A stretch of 64,000 nt of DNA, from positions 7,717 to 71,716 of the forward strand of contig DASSHG010000009.1 of NCBI GenBank assembly GCA_035692985.1. Reading direction: 5' to 3'. The stretch comes from Candidatus Saccharimonadales bacterium. GTDB taxonomy: Bacteria > Patescibacteriota > Saccharimonadia > Saccharimonadales > UBA4665. The translations under genes were made by a program, and so were the position numbers. Positions within the stretch are counted from its first letter, which is position 1. Every line of letters starts with the position of its first letter. Below are positions 13,901-23,667 of the stretch, piece after piece. Below the pieces are notes generated by a model. The model made no database searches. It was given only the letters and a program-made list of their open reading frames with translations, and was not told the DNA's origin.

Positions 13901-14440
13901 ATGGCAAAAATACAAAGAAAAGTTATTGATAAGGTTTTCATCATGCTCGGCGTCTGTGCTACGGCAGTGTTGCTGGTAGTCGGCGGATTGGCCTGGTATG
14001 GTTATTCGTTCACTCATAAACAAGTAAAAGACGAGCTGTCGTCGCAAAAGATTTACTTTCCACTGAAAGGCAGCGCGGCGTTTAGCCCGGCTGAGTTCCC
14101 CGATCTTCAGAAATACGCCGGACAGCAAGTGGATACCGGCATCAAAGCCAAGGCTTACGCCAACGATTTCATTGGCCGGCACATAAAAAAGATTGCCGAT
14201 GGACAAACCTACTCCCAGGTCAGCACGGCGGCCCAGGCCGACCCAACCAACGCCACTTTGCAACAAGAAAAAAGCACCCTGTTCCAGGGTGAGACCCTGC
14301 GCGGTCTGCTACTGAACGCCTACGCGTTCGATACACTGGGCATGATTTCGTACTACGTGGCAATCACCGCTTTTATTGGCGCGATTATTTTTGCCCTGCT
14401 GGTGTTGGCAGGTTTGGGACACCTCAAACGCCTGGGGTAA
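13901..14440 (+). CDS. membrane protein (179 aa) preceding the ABC exporter
   Basis: N- and C-terminal TM helices flank a soluble domain. AAGGA lies upstream of the ATG. Confidence 0.55.
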   Translation: MAKIQRKVIDKVFIMLGVCATAVLLVVGGLAWYGYSFTHKQVKDELSSQKIYFPLKGSAAFSPAEFPDLQKYAGQQVDTGIKAKAYANDFIGRHIKKIADGQTYSQVSTAAQADPTNATLQQEKSTLFQGETLRGLLLNAYAFDTLGMISYYVAITAFIGAIIFALLVLAGLGHLKRLG

Positions 14441-14441
14441 T

Positions 14442-15155
14442 ATGCAGCCGGCTATCCGCATCAAAAATCTTTCCGTAATTCTGGGCGGACACTTTAAGGC
14501 GCTCAAAGATGTCAGCGTTGACCTGCCGGCCGGTCAGGTGATTGGTTTTATCGGGCCAAGCGGGGCCGGTAAAACGACGTTGATCCGCTCAATTATTGGA
14601 CGACAGTCTATAACCGGAGGATCAATAGATGTGCTGGGAATACCGGCTGGTTCGGCCAAATTGCGGCCTGAAATCGGCTATATGCCGCAGGCTCCGGCCG
14701 CCTATTTCGATCTGACCGTACGCCAAAACCTCCGTTATTTCGCAAAAATGAGGGGTAAAAGCAGCGGCAGCGTTGAATCCGTAATTAAGGAAGTCGGGCT
14801 GGATAAGCAAGCCAACCAGCTGGTATCGACACTATCGGGCGGACAAAAATCCCGCGTTTCTCTGGCCATTGCCCTACTGGGCGAACCGAAGTTACTGGCT
14901 CTAGATGAACCGACGGTCGGGGTGGATCCGGTGCTACGACAACAATTGTGGCAACTTTTCCGCAAACTGACCGATAGCGGCTCAACGCTGATAGTCAGCA
15001 GCCATGTCATGGACGAGGCCAGCCGCTGCGACCAGCTGCTGTTAATCCGCGAGGGCTCAATCCTGGCTTACGGAACTCCCGTCGAGTTAAAAAAGCAGAC
15101 TGGCACGCATTCCGTTGAAGACAGTTTTTTGACGCTGGTGGAGGGTAAGAAATGA
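14442..15155 (+). CDS. ABC transporter ATP-binding protein
   Basis: Walker A GPSGAGKTT, signature LSGGQKSR and Walker B LLALDEP. ATG 14442 is Met23 of the track ORF. Confidence 0.85.
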   Translation: MQPAIRIKNLSVILGGHFKALKDVSVDLPAGQVIGFIGPSGAGKTTLIRSIIGRQSITGGSIDVLGIPAGSAKLRPEIGYMPQAPAAYFDLTVRQNLRYFAKMRGKSSGSVESVIKEVGLDKQANQLVSTLSGGQKSRVSLAIALLGEPKLLALDEPTVGVDPVLRQQLWQLFRKLTDSGSTLIVSSHVMDEASRCDQLLLIREGSILAYGTPVELKKQTGTHSVEDSFLTLVEGKK

Positions 15156-15886
15156 GTCCCGCTAAAACCAGTGCTACGGCCGCCCGGGTAATCCGCCAAT
15201 TATCGCACGACCCCCGTTCATTGGCGCTGCTTTTCATAGTACCACCGGCGCTAATCACCATACTCAAGTACGTTTTCCAGGATGCGCCGCAGACCTTTGA
15301 CTACATTGCGCCGATGCTGCTCGGCATTTTTCCTTTGGTGATAATGTTTCTGGTAACCTCCATTGCCACGCTGCGCGAACGCACCAGCGGCACGCTCGAC
15401 CGGCTGATGGTTACGCCGGTGGCGAAGATAGATTTCATATTCGGTTACGCGATAGCTTTTTCGCTGGTGGCATTGATCCAGGCCTCGATAACTTGCTTCG
15501 TTATGCTTGGACTCTTGCAAGTAACGGTGCTAGGCGGAACCCTGCCGGCTTTGATTAGCGCCGTGCTAGCGGCTTTCCTGGGTACATCCATCGGCTTGTT
15601 CACAAGCGCTTTCGCTAACAGCGAGTTCCAGGCTATCCAATTCATGCCGGCTTTCGTTTTTCCCCAGCTATTGGTTTGCGGATTGTTCGTGGCCCGCGAC
15701 CAGATGGCCCGGCCGCTGCAGTGGTTTGCCGACATTATGCCGCTGACTTATAGTGTTGATGCTATGAAACAGGTAACTAAGCAAAGTGCTTGGACCGGTA
15801 CGCTATCGCGTGATTTGCTGGTGGTGGTTGGTTTTGGGATTGTAGCCCTGGTACTTGGCTCCATTACTATTCGACGCCAGGAGTAG
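15152..15886 (+). CDS. ABC-2 type transporter permease
   Basis: Six-TM protein whose start overlaps the ATPase stop (ATGA). Confidence 0.8.
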   Translation: MSPAKTSATAARVIRQLSHDPRSLALLFIVPPALITILKYVFQDAPQTFDYIAPMLLGIFPLVIMFLVTSIATLRERTSGTLDRLMVTPVAKIDFIFGYAIAFSLVALIQASITCFVMLGLLQVTVLGGTLPALISAVLAAFLGTSIGLFTSAFANSEFQAIQFMPAFVFPQLLVCGLFVARDQMARPLQWFADIMPLTYSVDAMKQVTKQSAWTGTLSRDLLVVVGFGIVALVLGSITIRRQE

Positions 15887-15992
15887 CACGGCGTGATTAA
15901 TATCGCTTGTGTTTTTATATTTTAGGCAGATAATGAGAAATGTGCTAGAACACAAAAATTCTGGCATGATAAATACACAAAGGTGAAACCAA

Positions 15993-16193
15993 ATGAAGGG
16001 TTTAGAAGAACTCTCTCGTAAGGCTCAGGTTGAAACGGGCGTGTTTGTACATGAGCTTGGCGCTTTCGTCATAGACGAGACGACCAGGTTAGTCTTGCGC
16101 GAACCTATCGAGCTAGGCTGGGTCCTGGAGAAATCAGCGGCAGTCGTACCTCTGCCAGCTCCTGCCCACGCGCTGGAACCCATGGCGGCATAA
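15993..16193 (+). CDS. hypothetical protein (66 aa)
   Basis: AAAGGTGA lies 6 nt upstream of the ATG. No motif recognised. Confidence 0.3.
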   Translation: MKGLEELSRKAQVETGVFVHELGAFVIDETTRLVLREPIELGWVLEKSAAVVPLPAPAHALEPMAA

Positions 16194-16273
16194 GCGGTCA
16201 TAAAAACTTGTCATTTTGGCAATGGTTGTTTATTTTTATATTTTTAGCGTTTGTAAAGTAATCAGTTTTTGCG

Positions 16274-16288
16274 TATAATCACCTCTGT
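16274..16288 (+). promoter_or_regulatory. tRNA-His promoter/leader motif TATAATCACCTCTGT
   Basis: Identical 15-mer to the other two tRNA promoters. It ends 4 nt before G-1 of tRNA-His. Confidence 0.6.
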
Positions 16289-16292
16289 TTAT

Positions 16293-16370
<78 letters not shown>

Positions 16371-16375
16371 GATTA

Positions 16376-16822
16376 TTAGTGATGATACTCGTGGACGATA
16401 GCATGGCCTTTGCCACGGGCAAGCAAGTAGCGGTTGACCGGCGTTGCAAAGATGAAAGCCACGAACAGGGCCAGCGTCAGGCTCCACCAGAATAGCAACG
16501 TGCCCGGACCAGCGGCTAAGGCGCCGGGAACCAGCAAGATTACGGCAGTATCGACAATTTCCATGGTGACTATCGACATGGTATCCGAAGCCAGAGCTAT
16601 CCGGCCGGCTCGTTTAAATGGCAACCCGCTCCGCAGTAAAGGCCGCATTGTCATAAGATAACCGAAGAAGAAAGCCAGCGGAATAGTCAGGCATTCGGTG
16701 GCCAAGTTGCTCCAATTCAACCCCGAGCCGATAACGCTGCCCAGTACTTCGCCAATAGCGCAACCGCTCAGGCAATGCAGGGTGGCCATGATGGCTAGTT
16801 TTGTAAGTGCCATAGCTTCCAT
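16376..16822 (-). CDS. DUF4396-like membrane protein
   Basis: N-terminal HCLSGCAIGE motif and 4 TM helices. Divergent from the P-type ATPase gene. Confidence 0.6.
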   Translation of the reverse strand: MEAMALTKLAIMATLHCLSGCAIGEVLGSVIGSGLNWSNLATECLTIPLAFFFGYLMTMRPLLRSGLPFKRAGRIALASDTMSIVTMEIVDTAVILLVPGALAAGPGTLLFWWSLTLALFVAFIFATPVNRYLLARGKGHAIVHEYHH

Positions 16823-16854
16823 TATAATCGGAAGAACGATTAAACTAGGAATTC

Positions 16855-18687
16855 ATGAAACGCGTACTGCATTTTTTGTGCCATTATAAGCTGTTTAGCT
16901 TAGCCGTATTGACTATCGTGGCTGGCCTAGTGCTGCAATTTAGCGGTCACCAGACTATCGCAAAATGGCTGATAAGTGTCGTTTCGATCGGGGAGGTCTT
17001 GCCGCTGGCCTGGAACATGTGGCAGGATATCCGGTCCGGCCGGTATGGAATTGATATCTTAGCGGCGACTGCCATCATCGCTTCAGTAGTTCTCGGACAG
17101 TATTGGGCGGCCATAGTGATTGTGCTAATGCTGACTGGCGGTGAGGCGCTGGAAGATTTTGCCCATCACCGCGCCCAGACGGAGCTAGATGAACTGCTCA
17201 AGCACGCGCCGCAAAAAGCCCGTATGTTGCGCAAAGGCAAAATTACGGAAGTGCCGGTAAGCGAGCTAAAAGTTGGCGATAAGATTATCATTAACGCCGG
17301 TGATCTAGTGCCGGCCGATGCCGTAGTGCTAGAAGGGTCGGCTAATTTTGACGAATCGTCTTTGACCGGTGAAAGCCTGCCCCAGTCCAAATCGACTAAA
17401 GACGATTTGCTTAGCGGCGCTATTAACCTGGACGGCGCAGTGACAGCCAAGGTGACCGCCGCGGCCAAGGATAGCCAATACCAGCAGATCATTAAACTGG
17501 TACGCAGTGCCGCCGGCAGCCAGGCGCCGTTCGTCCGGTTGGCCGACCGTTATAGTATCCCTTTTACGCTCGTGGCCTATGCTATCGCCGGGTCAGTTTG
17601 GGCCTATACTGGCCAGCCTATTCGTTTCCTGGAGGTGATTGTAGTGGCTACGCCTTGCCCATTATTGTTGGCAGCCCCAATCGCGCTAATCAGCGGGATG
17701 GCTAGAGCCAGTAAGTACGGTATCATCGTCAAGACCGGGTCAGCGCTGGAACGGCTGGCCGAAGCCCGGTCCATGGCTTTTGATAAGACCGGTACGCTGA
17801 CCCGAGGCAATCTGACGGTCGGCGACATCAGCGTCTACGGCCAATACACGAAAGATGAAGTTTTGGGTTTGGCGGCAAGCTTAGAACAAGGTTCTAATCA
17901 TTTAATCGCCCGCGCCATTATTGCCGGTGCCCAAGACCGGGGACTTAAAACTAAAAAAGCCAAGCACGTCCGTGAAGTGCCGGGTCTGGGTTTATCATCT
18001 GCCGTAAAAGGTAAAGAGGTGCTGGTTGGACGCCTGAGCTTCCTAGAAAAAAATAGTATTAAAATGCCACCCAGGTTTCATCAAGGTAACTCGCAGCAGA
18101 GCGTGGTTTATGTAGCTATGGATGGCAAGCTGGCTGGCATTATCAGCCTAAAGGATGAGTTGCGGCCGGAAACCGCCGATACATTGGCACGGCTGCGCGA
18201 GTTGGGTATCCGCGAGACTCTCATGGTTACCGGTGATAACAAGGCGACCGCTCAGGCTATAGCCAACCAGCTCGGTATCAGTCACGTACACGCCGAGGCC
18301 TTGCCCGCCGAAAAACTACACATCCTGGATGAGATTAAGCAGCGCCCCATCGCTTTCGTGGGCGACGGCGTCAATGACGCGCCAATCCTGACGGCCGCGG
18401 ATATTGGAATCGCCCTGGGCGCCCGCGGCTCGACCGCCGCCAGCGAGTCAGCGGATATGGTTATTATGCTGGATGATCTGGGCCGGGTGCCCGTGGCGGT
18501 AGCAGTGGCTAAACAAACCTTCCGGATAGCCCGGCAAAGTATTTTAATCGGTATCGGTCTGAGTGTGATGCTGATGCTTGTTTTTGCTACCGGTAAATTT
18601 TCACCCCTGACTGGCGCCGTAGTCCAGGAAGGCGTAGATATATTCGTAATTTTCAACGCTTTGCGTGCTCATATGATTACTACGTAA
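16855..18687 (+). CDS. heavy-metal P1B-type ATPase with TPCP membrane motif and no N-terminal metal-binding domain
   Basis: DKTGTLT, TGES, GDGVNDAP and VVATPCPLLLAAP. Confidence 0.85.
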   Translation: MKRVLHFLCHYKLFSLAVLTIVAGLVLQFSGHQTIAKWLISVVSIGEVLPLAWNMWQDIRSGRYGIDILAATAIIASVVLGQYWAAIVIVLMLTGGEALEDFAHHRAQTELDELLKHAPQKARMLRKGKITEVPVSELKVGDKIIINAGDLVPADAVVLEGSANFDESSLTGESLPQSKSTKDDLLSGAINLDGAVTAKVTAAAKDSQYQQIIKLVRSAAGSQAPFVRLADRYSIPFTLVAYAIAGSVWAYTGQPIRFLEVIVVATPCPLLLAAPIALISGMARASKYGIIVKTGSALERLAEARSMAFDKTGTLTRGNLTVGDISVYGQYTKDEVLGLAASLEQGSNHLIARAIIAGAQDRGLKTKKAKHVREVPGLGLSSAVKGKEVLVGRLSFLEKNSIKMPPRFHQGNSQQSVVYVAMDGKLAGIISLKDELRPETADTLARLRELGIRETLMVTGDNKATAQAIANQLGISHVHAEALPAEKLHILDEIKQRPIAFVGDGVNDAPILTAADIGIALGARGSTAASESADMVIMLDDLGRVPVAVAVAKQTFRIARQSILIGIGLSVMLMLVFATGKFSPLTGAVVQEGVDIFVIFNALRAHMITT

Positions 18688-19309
18688 GAAATCGCAGCGC
18701 GCCTGCCACTAGCACCGGTACCAGCAGATTATCCAAGCCGGCCACGCCGACATTTTCTACCGCGCTGGTAACTACTGAAAGATCAAAGATGAAAATCGCG
18801 GTCAGGTGCTGGCTGCTCTTGTACGAAAAGCCAGCTAAGATAGCCGCCGAAACTACCAGGAAAGTTAGCGTACCCAAGATGCTCTTGGCATGTCCAAACA
18901 CTATGTACCGGAAACGCTGGCCGTAGCGTGTACCGATAACGGCCGCGAAACCGTCCGCCAGGCTCATTTGCAGAAGCGCCGCCGCGTAAATCCATTTGTC
19001 GTGAGTGATAAACGTGACGGCGCCTACGGCTAGCGCGAAAAACAATTCTCCCCAAGTCGGCCGTTGCACGGTATGGATAGCCCGGAAAACGCGTAAGTAT
19101 TTTGATACGCCGACCACCAGCAAAAAGGCTACACTTAGCAACCGGATCTCATTCCAGCTTAGGAAAAACGGCCAAAATGCCACGAACGTGCCCACAGAAA
19201 TGTGGACGAACTTGCGCGTGAATTCAGTGTGCAGCCTTTGTTTGCGCCACCAAAGCTCACCAATTACCAACAATAAAAAAACTACCAGGCAAGTCGCGAG
19301 AATTCTCAT
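18680..19309 (-). CDS. polyprenol/diacylglycerol kinase-like (CTP-transferase family) membrane protein
   Basis: Multi-TM protein. ...SLADGFAAVIGTRYG resembles the phosphatidate cytidylyltransferase/dolichol kinase family. ATG 19309 is preferred over TTG 19327, which abuts the tRNA. Confidence 0.5.
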   Translation of the reverse strand: MRILATCLVVFLLLVIGELWWRKQRLHTEFTRKFVHISVGTFVAFWPFFLSWNEIRLLSVAFLLVVGVSKYLRVFRAIHTVQRPTWGELFFALAVGAVTFITHDKWIYAAALLQMSLADGFAAVIGTRYGQRFRYIVFGHAKSILGTLTFLVVSAAILAGFSYKSSQHLTAIFIFDLSVVTSAVENVGVAGLDNLLVPVLVAGALRFLT

Positions 19310-19330
19310 GCTTTGATTGTACAGCAAAAT

Positions 19331-19407
19331 TGGTCGGGGATGCGGGATTTGAACCCACGACCTCCGCGTCCCGAACGCGGCGCGCTACCAGGCTGCGCTA
19401 ATCCCCG
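19331..19407 (-). tRNA. tRNA-Pro (anticodon CGG), CCA encoded
   Basis: CGGGGAT..CCGCG-TTCGGGA-CGCGG..GTGGG-TTCAAAT-CCCGC-ATCCCCG-ACCA. Confidence 0.9.
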
Positions 19408-19425
19408 AAACTATCGTCATTGTAA

Positions 19426-19502
19426 TGGTCGGGGAGACAGGATTTGAACCTGCGACCCCGCGCTCCCAAAGCGCGTGCGCTACCGGACTGCGCCACTCCC
19501 CG
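19426..19502 (-). tRNA. tRNA-Pro (anticodon TGG), CCA encoded
   Basis: CGGGGAG..CGCGC-TTTGGGA-GCGCG..GCAGG-TTCAAAT-CCTGT-CTCCCCG-ACCA. Confidence 0.9.
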
Positions 19503-19512
19503 ACATATAAAT

Positions 19513-19530
19513 ACAGAGGTGATTATATCA
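19513..19530 (-). promoter_or_regulatory. tRNA-Pro operon promoter TGATATAATCACCTCTGT
   Basis: Same motif as at 13289-13306 and 16274-16288. Confidence 0.6.
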
Positions 19531-20310
19531 GAAAACTTGTCGAATTTGCTCAATAGAATTGGCTAGGCCGTTTTTGTTGGCGTTAACGAGCACGGCGTTG
19601 AATTGTTTTGGGCCTTTGGTTTCTAAAATGTTGCGGGTTGGTTTGCCGTCGCGCCAGCGAGGGATAACACTGTCAAATGTGATACCCAATGAGGCGTCCA
19701 GCGCGCCGCACATACCGACGTCGGTGACATGTGCCGTACCACCCGGCAGTACTCGCACGTCGGCCGTCGGCACGTGCCAATGGTCACCGGCCACCAACGT
19801 GGCCCGGCCATCCAGGTAGTGCCCGATGACGACTTTTTCGCTACTGAAGTCGCCATGCAGATTCACGACGATTGCCTTTTTCTCGACATCTTTTTGGTCT
19901 TCCAAAATCCTGTCGATGATTTGCAACGGGTTATCTATCGGTTTATCGGCATCTTTACCAACGATTTGTCCTAGCAAACTGACAACCAGTACACCGTCAA
20001 TATATTTCCAGCCGAGCCCTGGCGTGCCATCCGGATAGTTGGCCGGCCGGATGATTGGTTGCTTGGGATCGCTCATGGCGGGAATGATATCTTCGCGGTG
20101 CAAGCTCCAGTTGCCACCGGTGCAAAAATCCACGCCGGCTTTCCGTAACCTTTTGAAATCCGCCAATGTTATCCCCTTGCCCTCGCTGACATTCTCGGCC
20201 TGCGCGATGACCAGGTCAATTTTCTTATCTTTACGGAGCCCGGGTAAGACCTTCTCAACCGTCTCGATGCCCATCTCGCCCATCACATCACCAACATAGA
20301 GAATGCTCAT
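19528..20310 (-). CDS. ymdB: YmdB-like metallophosphoesterase (2',3'-cyclic-nucleotide phosphodiesterase family)
   Basis: [11 protein letters not shown]..., [10 protein letters not shown] and [10 protein letters not shown] motifs. It occupies the conserved position downstream of rny. Confidence 0.8.
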   Translation of the reverse strand: MSILYVGDVMGEMGIETVEKVLPGLRKDKKIDLVIAQAENVSEGKGITLADFKRLRKAGVDFCTGGNWSLHREDIIPAMSDPKQPIIRPANYPDGTPGLGWKYIDGVLVVSLLGQIVGKDADKPIDNPLQIIDRILEDQKDVEKKAIVVNLHGDFSSEKVVIGHYLDGRATLVAGDHWHVPTADVRVLPGGTAHVTDVGMCGALDASLGITFDSVIPRWRDGKPTRNILETKGPKQFNAVLVNANKNGLANSIEQIRQVF

Positions 20311-20319
20311 AGAGGTGTT

Positions 20320-21828
20320 TTACTTAGCGAACTCTATGGCGCGGGTTTCGCGGATGACGTTCACTTTGATGGTACCGGGATATTGCATGGTGGACTCAAT
20401 CTTAGTGGCAATGTCGCGGGCCAATTTGATGGCGCTGAGGTCGTCAATCGATTGCGGCTTAACAAAAACCCTGACTTCGCGGCCGGCGCTGATGGCGTAC
20501 GATTTCTCGATGCCCTTGAAACCATTGGCGACATTTTCCAGGTCACGCATACGGTCTCCGAAATTCTCGGCCGAGATATTGCGGGCGCCCGGGCGGGCAG
20601 CACTAATAGCATCAACCGTGCGGACAACTAAAGCCTCCACGGTCGTGGCCTCGACGTCATCGTGGTGCTGTTCGGCAGCCAGCGCGACCTCTTCCGGTGC
20701 ACCGTATTTGCGCAGGATCTCGCCGGAAATATGGTGATGCTTGCCTTCCATCTTGTGTGTCAGCGCCTTGCCGATATCGTGGACTAAGGCAGCGTATTTA
20801 GCCGTTTTGATGTCAGCGCCGACTTCCTCGGCGATCACCGCCGAGATGTGCGCCATTTCGGTAGAGTGCTTCAAGACGTTCTGGCCATAGCTGGTGCGGT
20901 ATTTTAGCTCGCCCAGCAGTTGCAAAATTTCTTTCGGAATGCCCACTACGCCGACTTCGCGGGCAGCGTCTTCACCAGCCCGGACAACATCTTTCTCAAC
21001 TTGCTTTTGGGCCTTGGCGACAACTTCTTCAATCCGGCCCGGATGAATCCGGCCGTCTTTTATGAGCATTTCCATGGCCTGGCGGGCTACCTCGCGGCGC
21101 ACCGGATCAAAGCTGCTCAAAACTATGTAGCCAGGCGTATCATCAACCATGATATCGACGCCGGTCGCCCGTTGCAGGGCCTGAATATTGCGGCCTTCCT
21201 TGCCGATAATCCGGCCTTTCATTTCATCATCTTCCAGTTTAATGCTGGTAACTGTGCGTTCGGCCGTAACCTCGCTGGCCATACGCTCCATGGCGGTGGT
21301 GATAATGACGGCTGCCTTTTCTTCGGCATTATCCCGGGCTTCGTTCTGCATTTTTTCAACCAGTCCAAGCAGGTCGTTTTTGATATCGCGTTCGGTCATT
21401 TGCATAAGCTTGTCGGCGGCATCAGCCTTGGAAAGCTTGGCGATTTTCTCCAGCTTGTCTTGTTGTTTACCACGGATCTCGCGGATTTCGTTTTTCAGTT
21501 CGTCAACCTCGTCTTCGCTTTTGCGAAGTTTCTCGCCGCGCTTGTCGAGCTCGTCGAGTTTTTTGTCCAGAGCCTCTTCGCGCGTTATCAGGCGTTTCTC
21601 CAGGTCCTTCAATTCCCGGCGCCGGGACTGCTCTTCTTTACGCGTTTCTTCAACGGCTTTGTTGGCTTCTTCGCGGGCTTGTTCCACCAGCTTTTCAGCC
21701 TCTTTTTTAGCCTTTTGGAGTTCTTTTTTAGCTTTTTCTTCTGCCGAGCCGACACGCTGTTTATTGATTGCCACATTGGCACCAAAACCAGCAGCCAGCC
21801 CAACTATAGCGAGCAATACTGCTAACAT
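20320..21828 (-). CDS. rny: ribonuclease Y
   Basis: N-terminal TM helix, Lys/Glu-rich coiled coil, KH domain (GRIIGKEGRNI) and HD domain (HDIGK). Confidence 0.9.
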   Translation of the reverse strand: MLAVLLAIVGLAAGFGANVAINKQRVGSAEEKAKKELQKAKKEAEKLVEQAREEANKAVEETRKEEQSRRRELKDLEKRLITREEALDKKLDELDKRGEKLRKSEDEVDELKNEIREIRGKQQDKLEKIAKLSKADAADKLMQMTERDIKNDLLGLVEKMQNEARDNAEEKAAVIITTAMERMASEVTAERTVTSIKLEDDEMKGRIIGKEGRNIQALQRATGVDIMVDDTPGYIVLSSFDPVRREVARQAMEMLIKDGRIHPGRIEEVVAKAQKQVEKDVVRAGEDAAREVGVVGIPKEILQLLGELKYRTSYGQNVLKHSTEMAHISAVIAEEVGADIKTAKYAALVHDIGKALTHKMEGKHHHISGEILRKYGAPEEVALAAEQHHDDVEATTVEALVVRTVDAISAARPGARNISAENFGDRMRDLENVANGFKGIEKSYAISAGREVRVFVKPQSIDDLSAIKLARDIATKIESTMQYPGTIKVNVIRETRAIEFAK

Positions 21829-21995
21829 ACTAGGTCCTTTCTATCTGCAGACCGGCGGTTCAAACAATCGCTATCACGTCTCTAGCCTGATAAAACCAAT
21901 CTGTAAGTTCGAATTAATTTAGGGTTTGTGAGGATCTGCAACTCTCAAAACGTGGCAATTCCTACCTTTAATATACGCCGCGCGGGCAGCCCTGG

Positions 21996-22388
21996 TCAAT
22001 GTTTCGGCTTGGTTATATGCGGCGGGGAGCCATACTCAGGTATTACAAGTTTGTCGTTTTTGCCGGCCCGTAATTCCTTGATTGACACTTGAATCCAGTT
22101 AGTGCCGGTTGCGCCAATAATTGGAATTGTTAGACTGTCGGCCAATGCGTTGGCCACGGTGACACCGATACGCAAGCCGGTAAAACTGCCCGGACCTTTA
22201 AAAACCGCTATGGCATTCAGGCCGTTTAATGAGCAGTCTTGGGATTCAAGCAATTCCTTTATCTTAATGTGGATTGTTTCAGCCAGTTGCCGGTGCGCCT
22301 GCCAAACTTCATAAGCTAATTGCCGGTCATCGTTAAACAAGCCGATTTCGGCCTCTGGTTTATCGGTACGGATGGTTAGTATTAGCAT
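21996..22388 (-). CDS. tsaB: tRNA t6A biosynthesis protein TsaB, short form (130 aa)
   Basis: LLILTIRTDKPEAEIGLF...VFKGPGSFTGLRIGVTVANALA is the TsaB/YeaZ N-terminal domain. It is followed by tsaE. Confidence 0.7.
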   Translation of the reverse strand: MLILTIRTDKPEAEIGLFNDDRQLAYEVWQAHRQLAETIHIKIKELLESQDCSLNGLNAIAVFKGPGSFTGLRIGVTVANALADSLTIPIIGATGTNWIQVSIKELRAGKNDKLVIPEYGSPPHITKPKH

Positions 22389-22396
22389 AATATTCG

Positions 22397-22864
22397 TTAA
22401 ATATTCTCCAAAAGATGTTCGAGGTGCTCAGGATAGGTAAAAACCAGGGTGCGGCTATTAGCGTCTTGCCCGTGAGACAATATCTTAATATTTATTCGTT
22501 GCCGAGGCAGCACGCCTTCCACGATATCACCCCATTCCACCACCACTACAGCCTTGGGATCGGCCAGCACCTCAGTTAGTTCATCACGCATAATTCCCGG
22601 CTCGGCCAGACGATAAAAGTCAAAATGGTACAAAGTTAGGCCTTTGGCCTTAGCATGGTATTCGTTACGTAGCGTGAAACTCGGACTGCGGACCGCGTCA
22701 CGGCTACCCATGCCGCGGGCCAGGCCGCACACAAAGGTGGTTTTGCCGCCGCCTAAATCGCTGGCCAGCTCTATCACTTCGCCGCCCTGCAATTCCCGAC
22801 CGACCTTTCCTGACAGCCACACAGTATCGTCAGGGCTACCTGACATGATTTGCCGTTTATTCAT
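22397..22864 (-). CDS. tsaE: tRNA t6A biosynthesis ATPase TsaE
   Basis: LASDLGGGKTTFVCGLARGMG, VRSPSFTL and YHFDFYRL motifs. Confidence 0.8.
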   Translation of the reverse strand: MNKRQIMSGSPDDTVWLSGKVGRELQGGEVIELASDLGGGKTTFVCGLARGMGSRDAVRSPSFTLRNEYHAKAKGLTLYHFDFYRLAEPGIMRDELTEVLADPKAVVVVEWGDIVEGVLPRQRINIKILSHGQDANSRTLVFTYPEHLEHLLENI

Positions 22865-23148
22865 CCTGCCTACAATTTACCACGCGGCGGAAACGTGCCG
22901 TAAGGAACGACCGGCCTGTTGCGATAAATTGAAACGATGCATGTCAAGGGAGAGGACATTCGCCGTCACTATTTCGCCGCACCGGTTTGTGATTGCACTT
23001 TATCCGCCGCATAGCATAGAGCGGATTGTACTGGGCGCCTGTCGCGATCCGCAAGCAGTAGCGTTTTGGAAGTGTCTCAAACATTAAATAAGTTAAGAAA
23101 TTGCGGTAAATACTTCGGGCTCTAACCCGAAAGCTATATACTATAAGC

Positions 23149-23667
23149 ATGTTGCAGTTGAGCGCCTCTTTGTTGAATAAAGCCGTGCTGTCACTCCGGA
23201 CAGGTACTCCAGTGGCGGCCATTTTGGGTCCGGTCATCAATCCCGACAACTTAAAGATTGAGGGATTTTACTGCCAGGACAGTATCGACAAAAAAGAACT
23301 CATTTTGCTTTCCCAAGATATCCGCGACATGTTGCCTAACGGCTACGTGGTGAACGACCACGACGTATTATCCGAGCCGGAAGAATTAGTCCGGCTGAAA
23401 GAGGTGCTGGCGCTGCGTTTTGATCTGATTGGCAAACAGGTCGTGACGGTTGACGGTCAAAAGGTCGGCAAGGTTAGCGATTACGCCGCCGAAACAGGTA
23501 CGATGGCGGTTCAGAAAATTTATGTAGCCCAATCAATATTAAAAAATTTTACGGGCGGATCTTTGAGTATAGACCGCTCCCAGATCCAAGAGATCACGCC
23601 GCGGCGCATCGTTATTAGTGAACTTTTGAAGAAAAGCCCGGCTACGGCGCCGGCGGCTATAGCTTAA
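23149..23667 (+). CDS. PRC-barrel-like domain protein (172 aa)
   Basis: Two repeats of the type L.GK.V....G.KVG.V.D. TATACT lies 6 nt before the ATG. Confidence 0.45.
   Translation: MLQLSASLLNKAVLSLRTGTPVAAILGPVINPDNLKIEGFYCQDSIDKKELILLSQDIRDMLPNGYVVNDHDVLSEPEELVRLKEVLALRFDLIGKQVVTVDGQKVGKVSDYAAETGTMAVQKIYVAQSILKNFTGGSLSIDRSQIQEITPRRIVISELLKKSPATAPAAIA

Noticed and set aside
20920-21922. Plus-strand 301-aa and 244-aa ORFs
   Set aside because: They lie antisense to rny. The low-complexity Phe/Leu/Ser-rich translations mirror the Lys/Glu-rich coiled coil of RNase Y.
22865-23148. 284-nt intergenic region screened for a structured RNA (SRP RNA, RNase P RNA, tmRNA, riboswitch)
   Set aside because: I found none of the conserved strings I know, such as GGAAGGAAGCAGC, GAGGAAAGTCC or a tmRNA tag frame. 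There are only short hairpins, for example CTTCGGG-ctctaa-CCCGAAG at about 23113-23132. A covariance-model scan would be needed to exclude an ncRNA.
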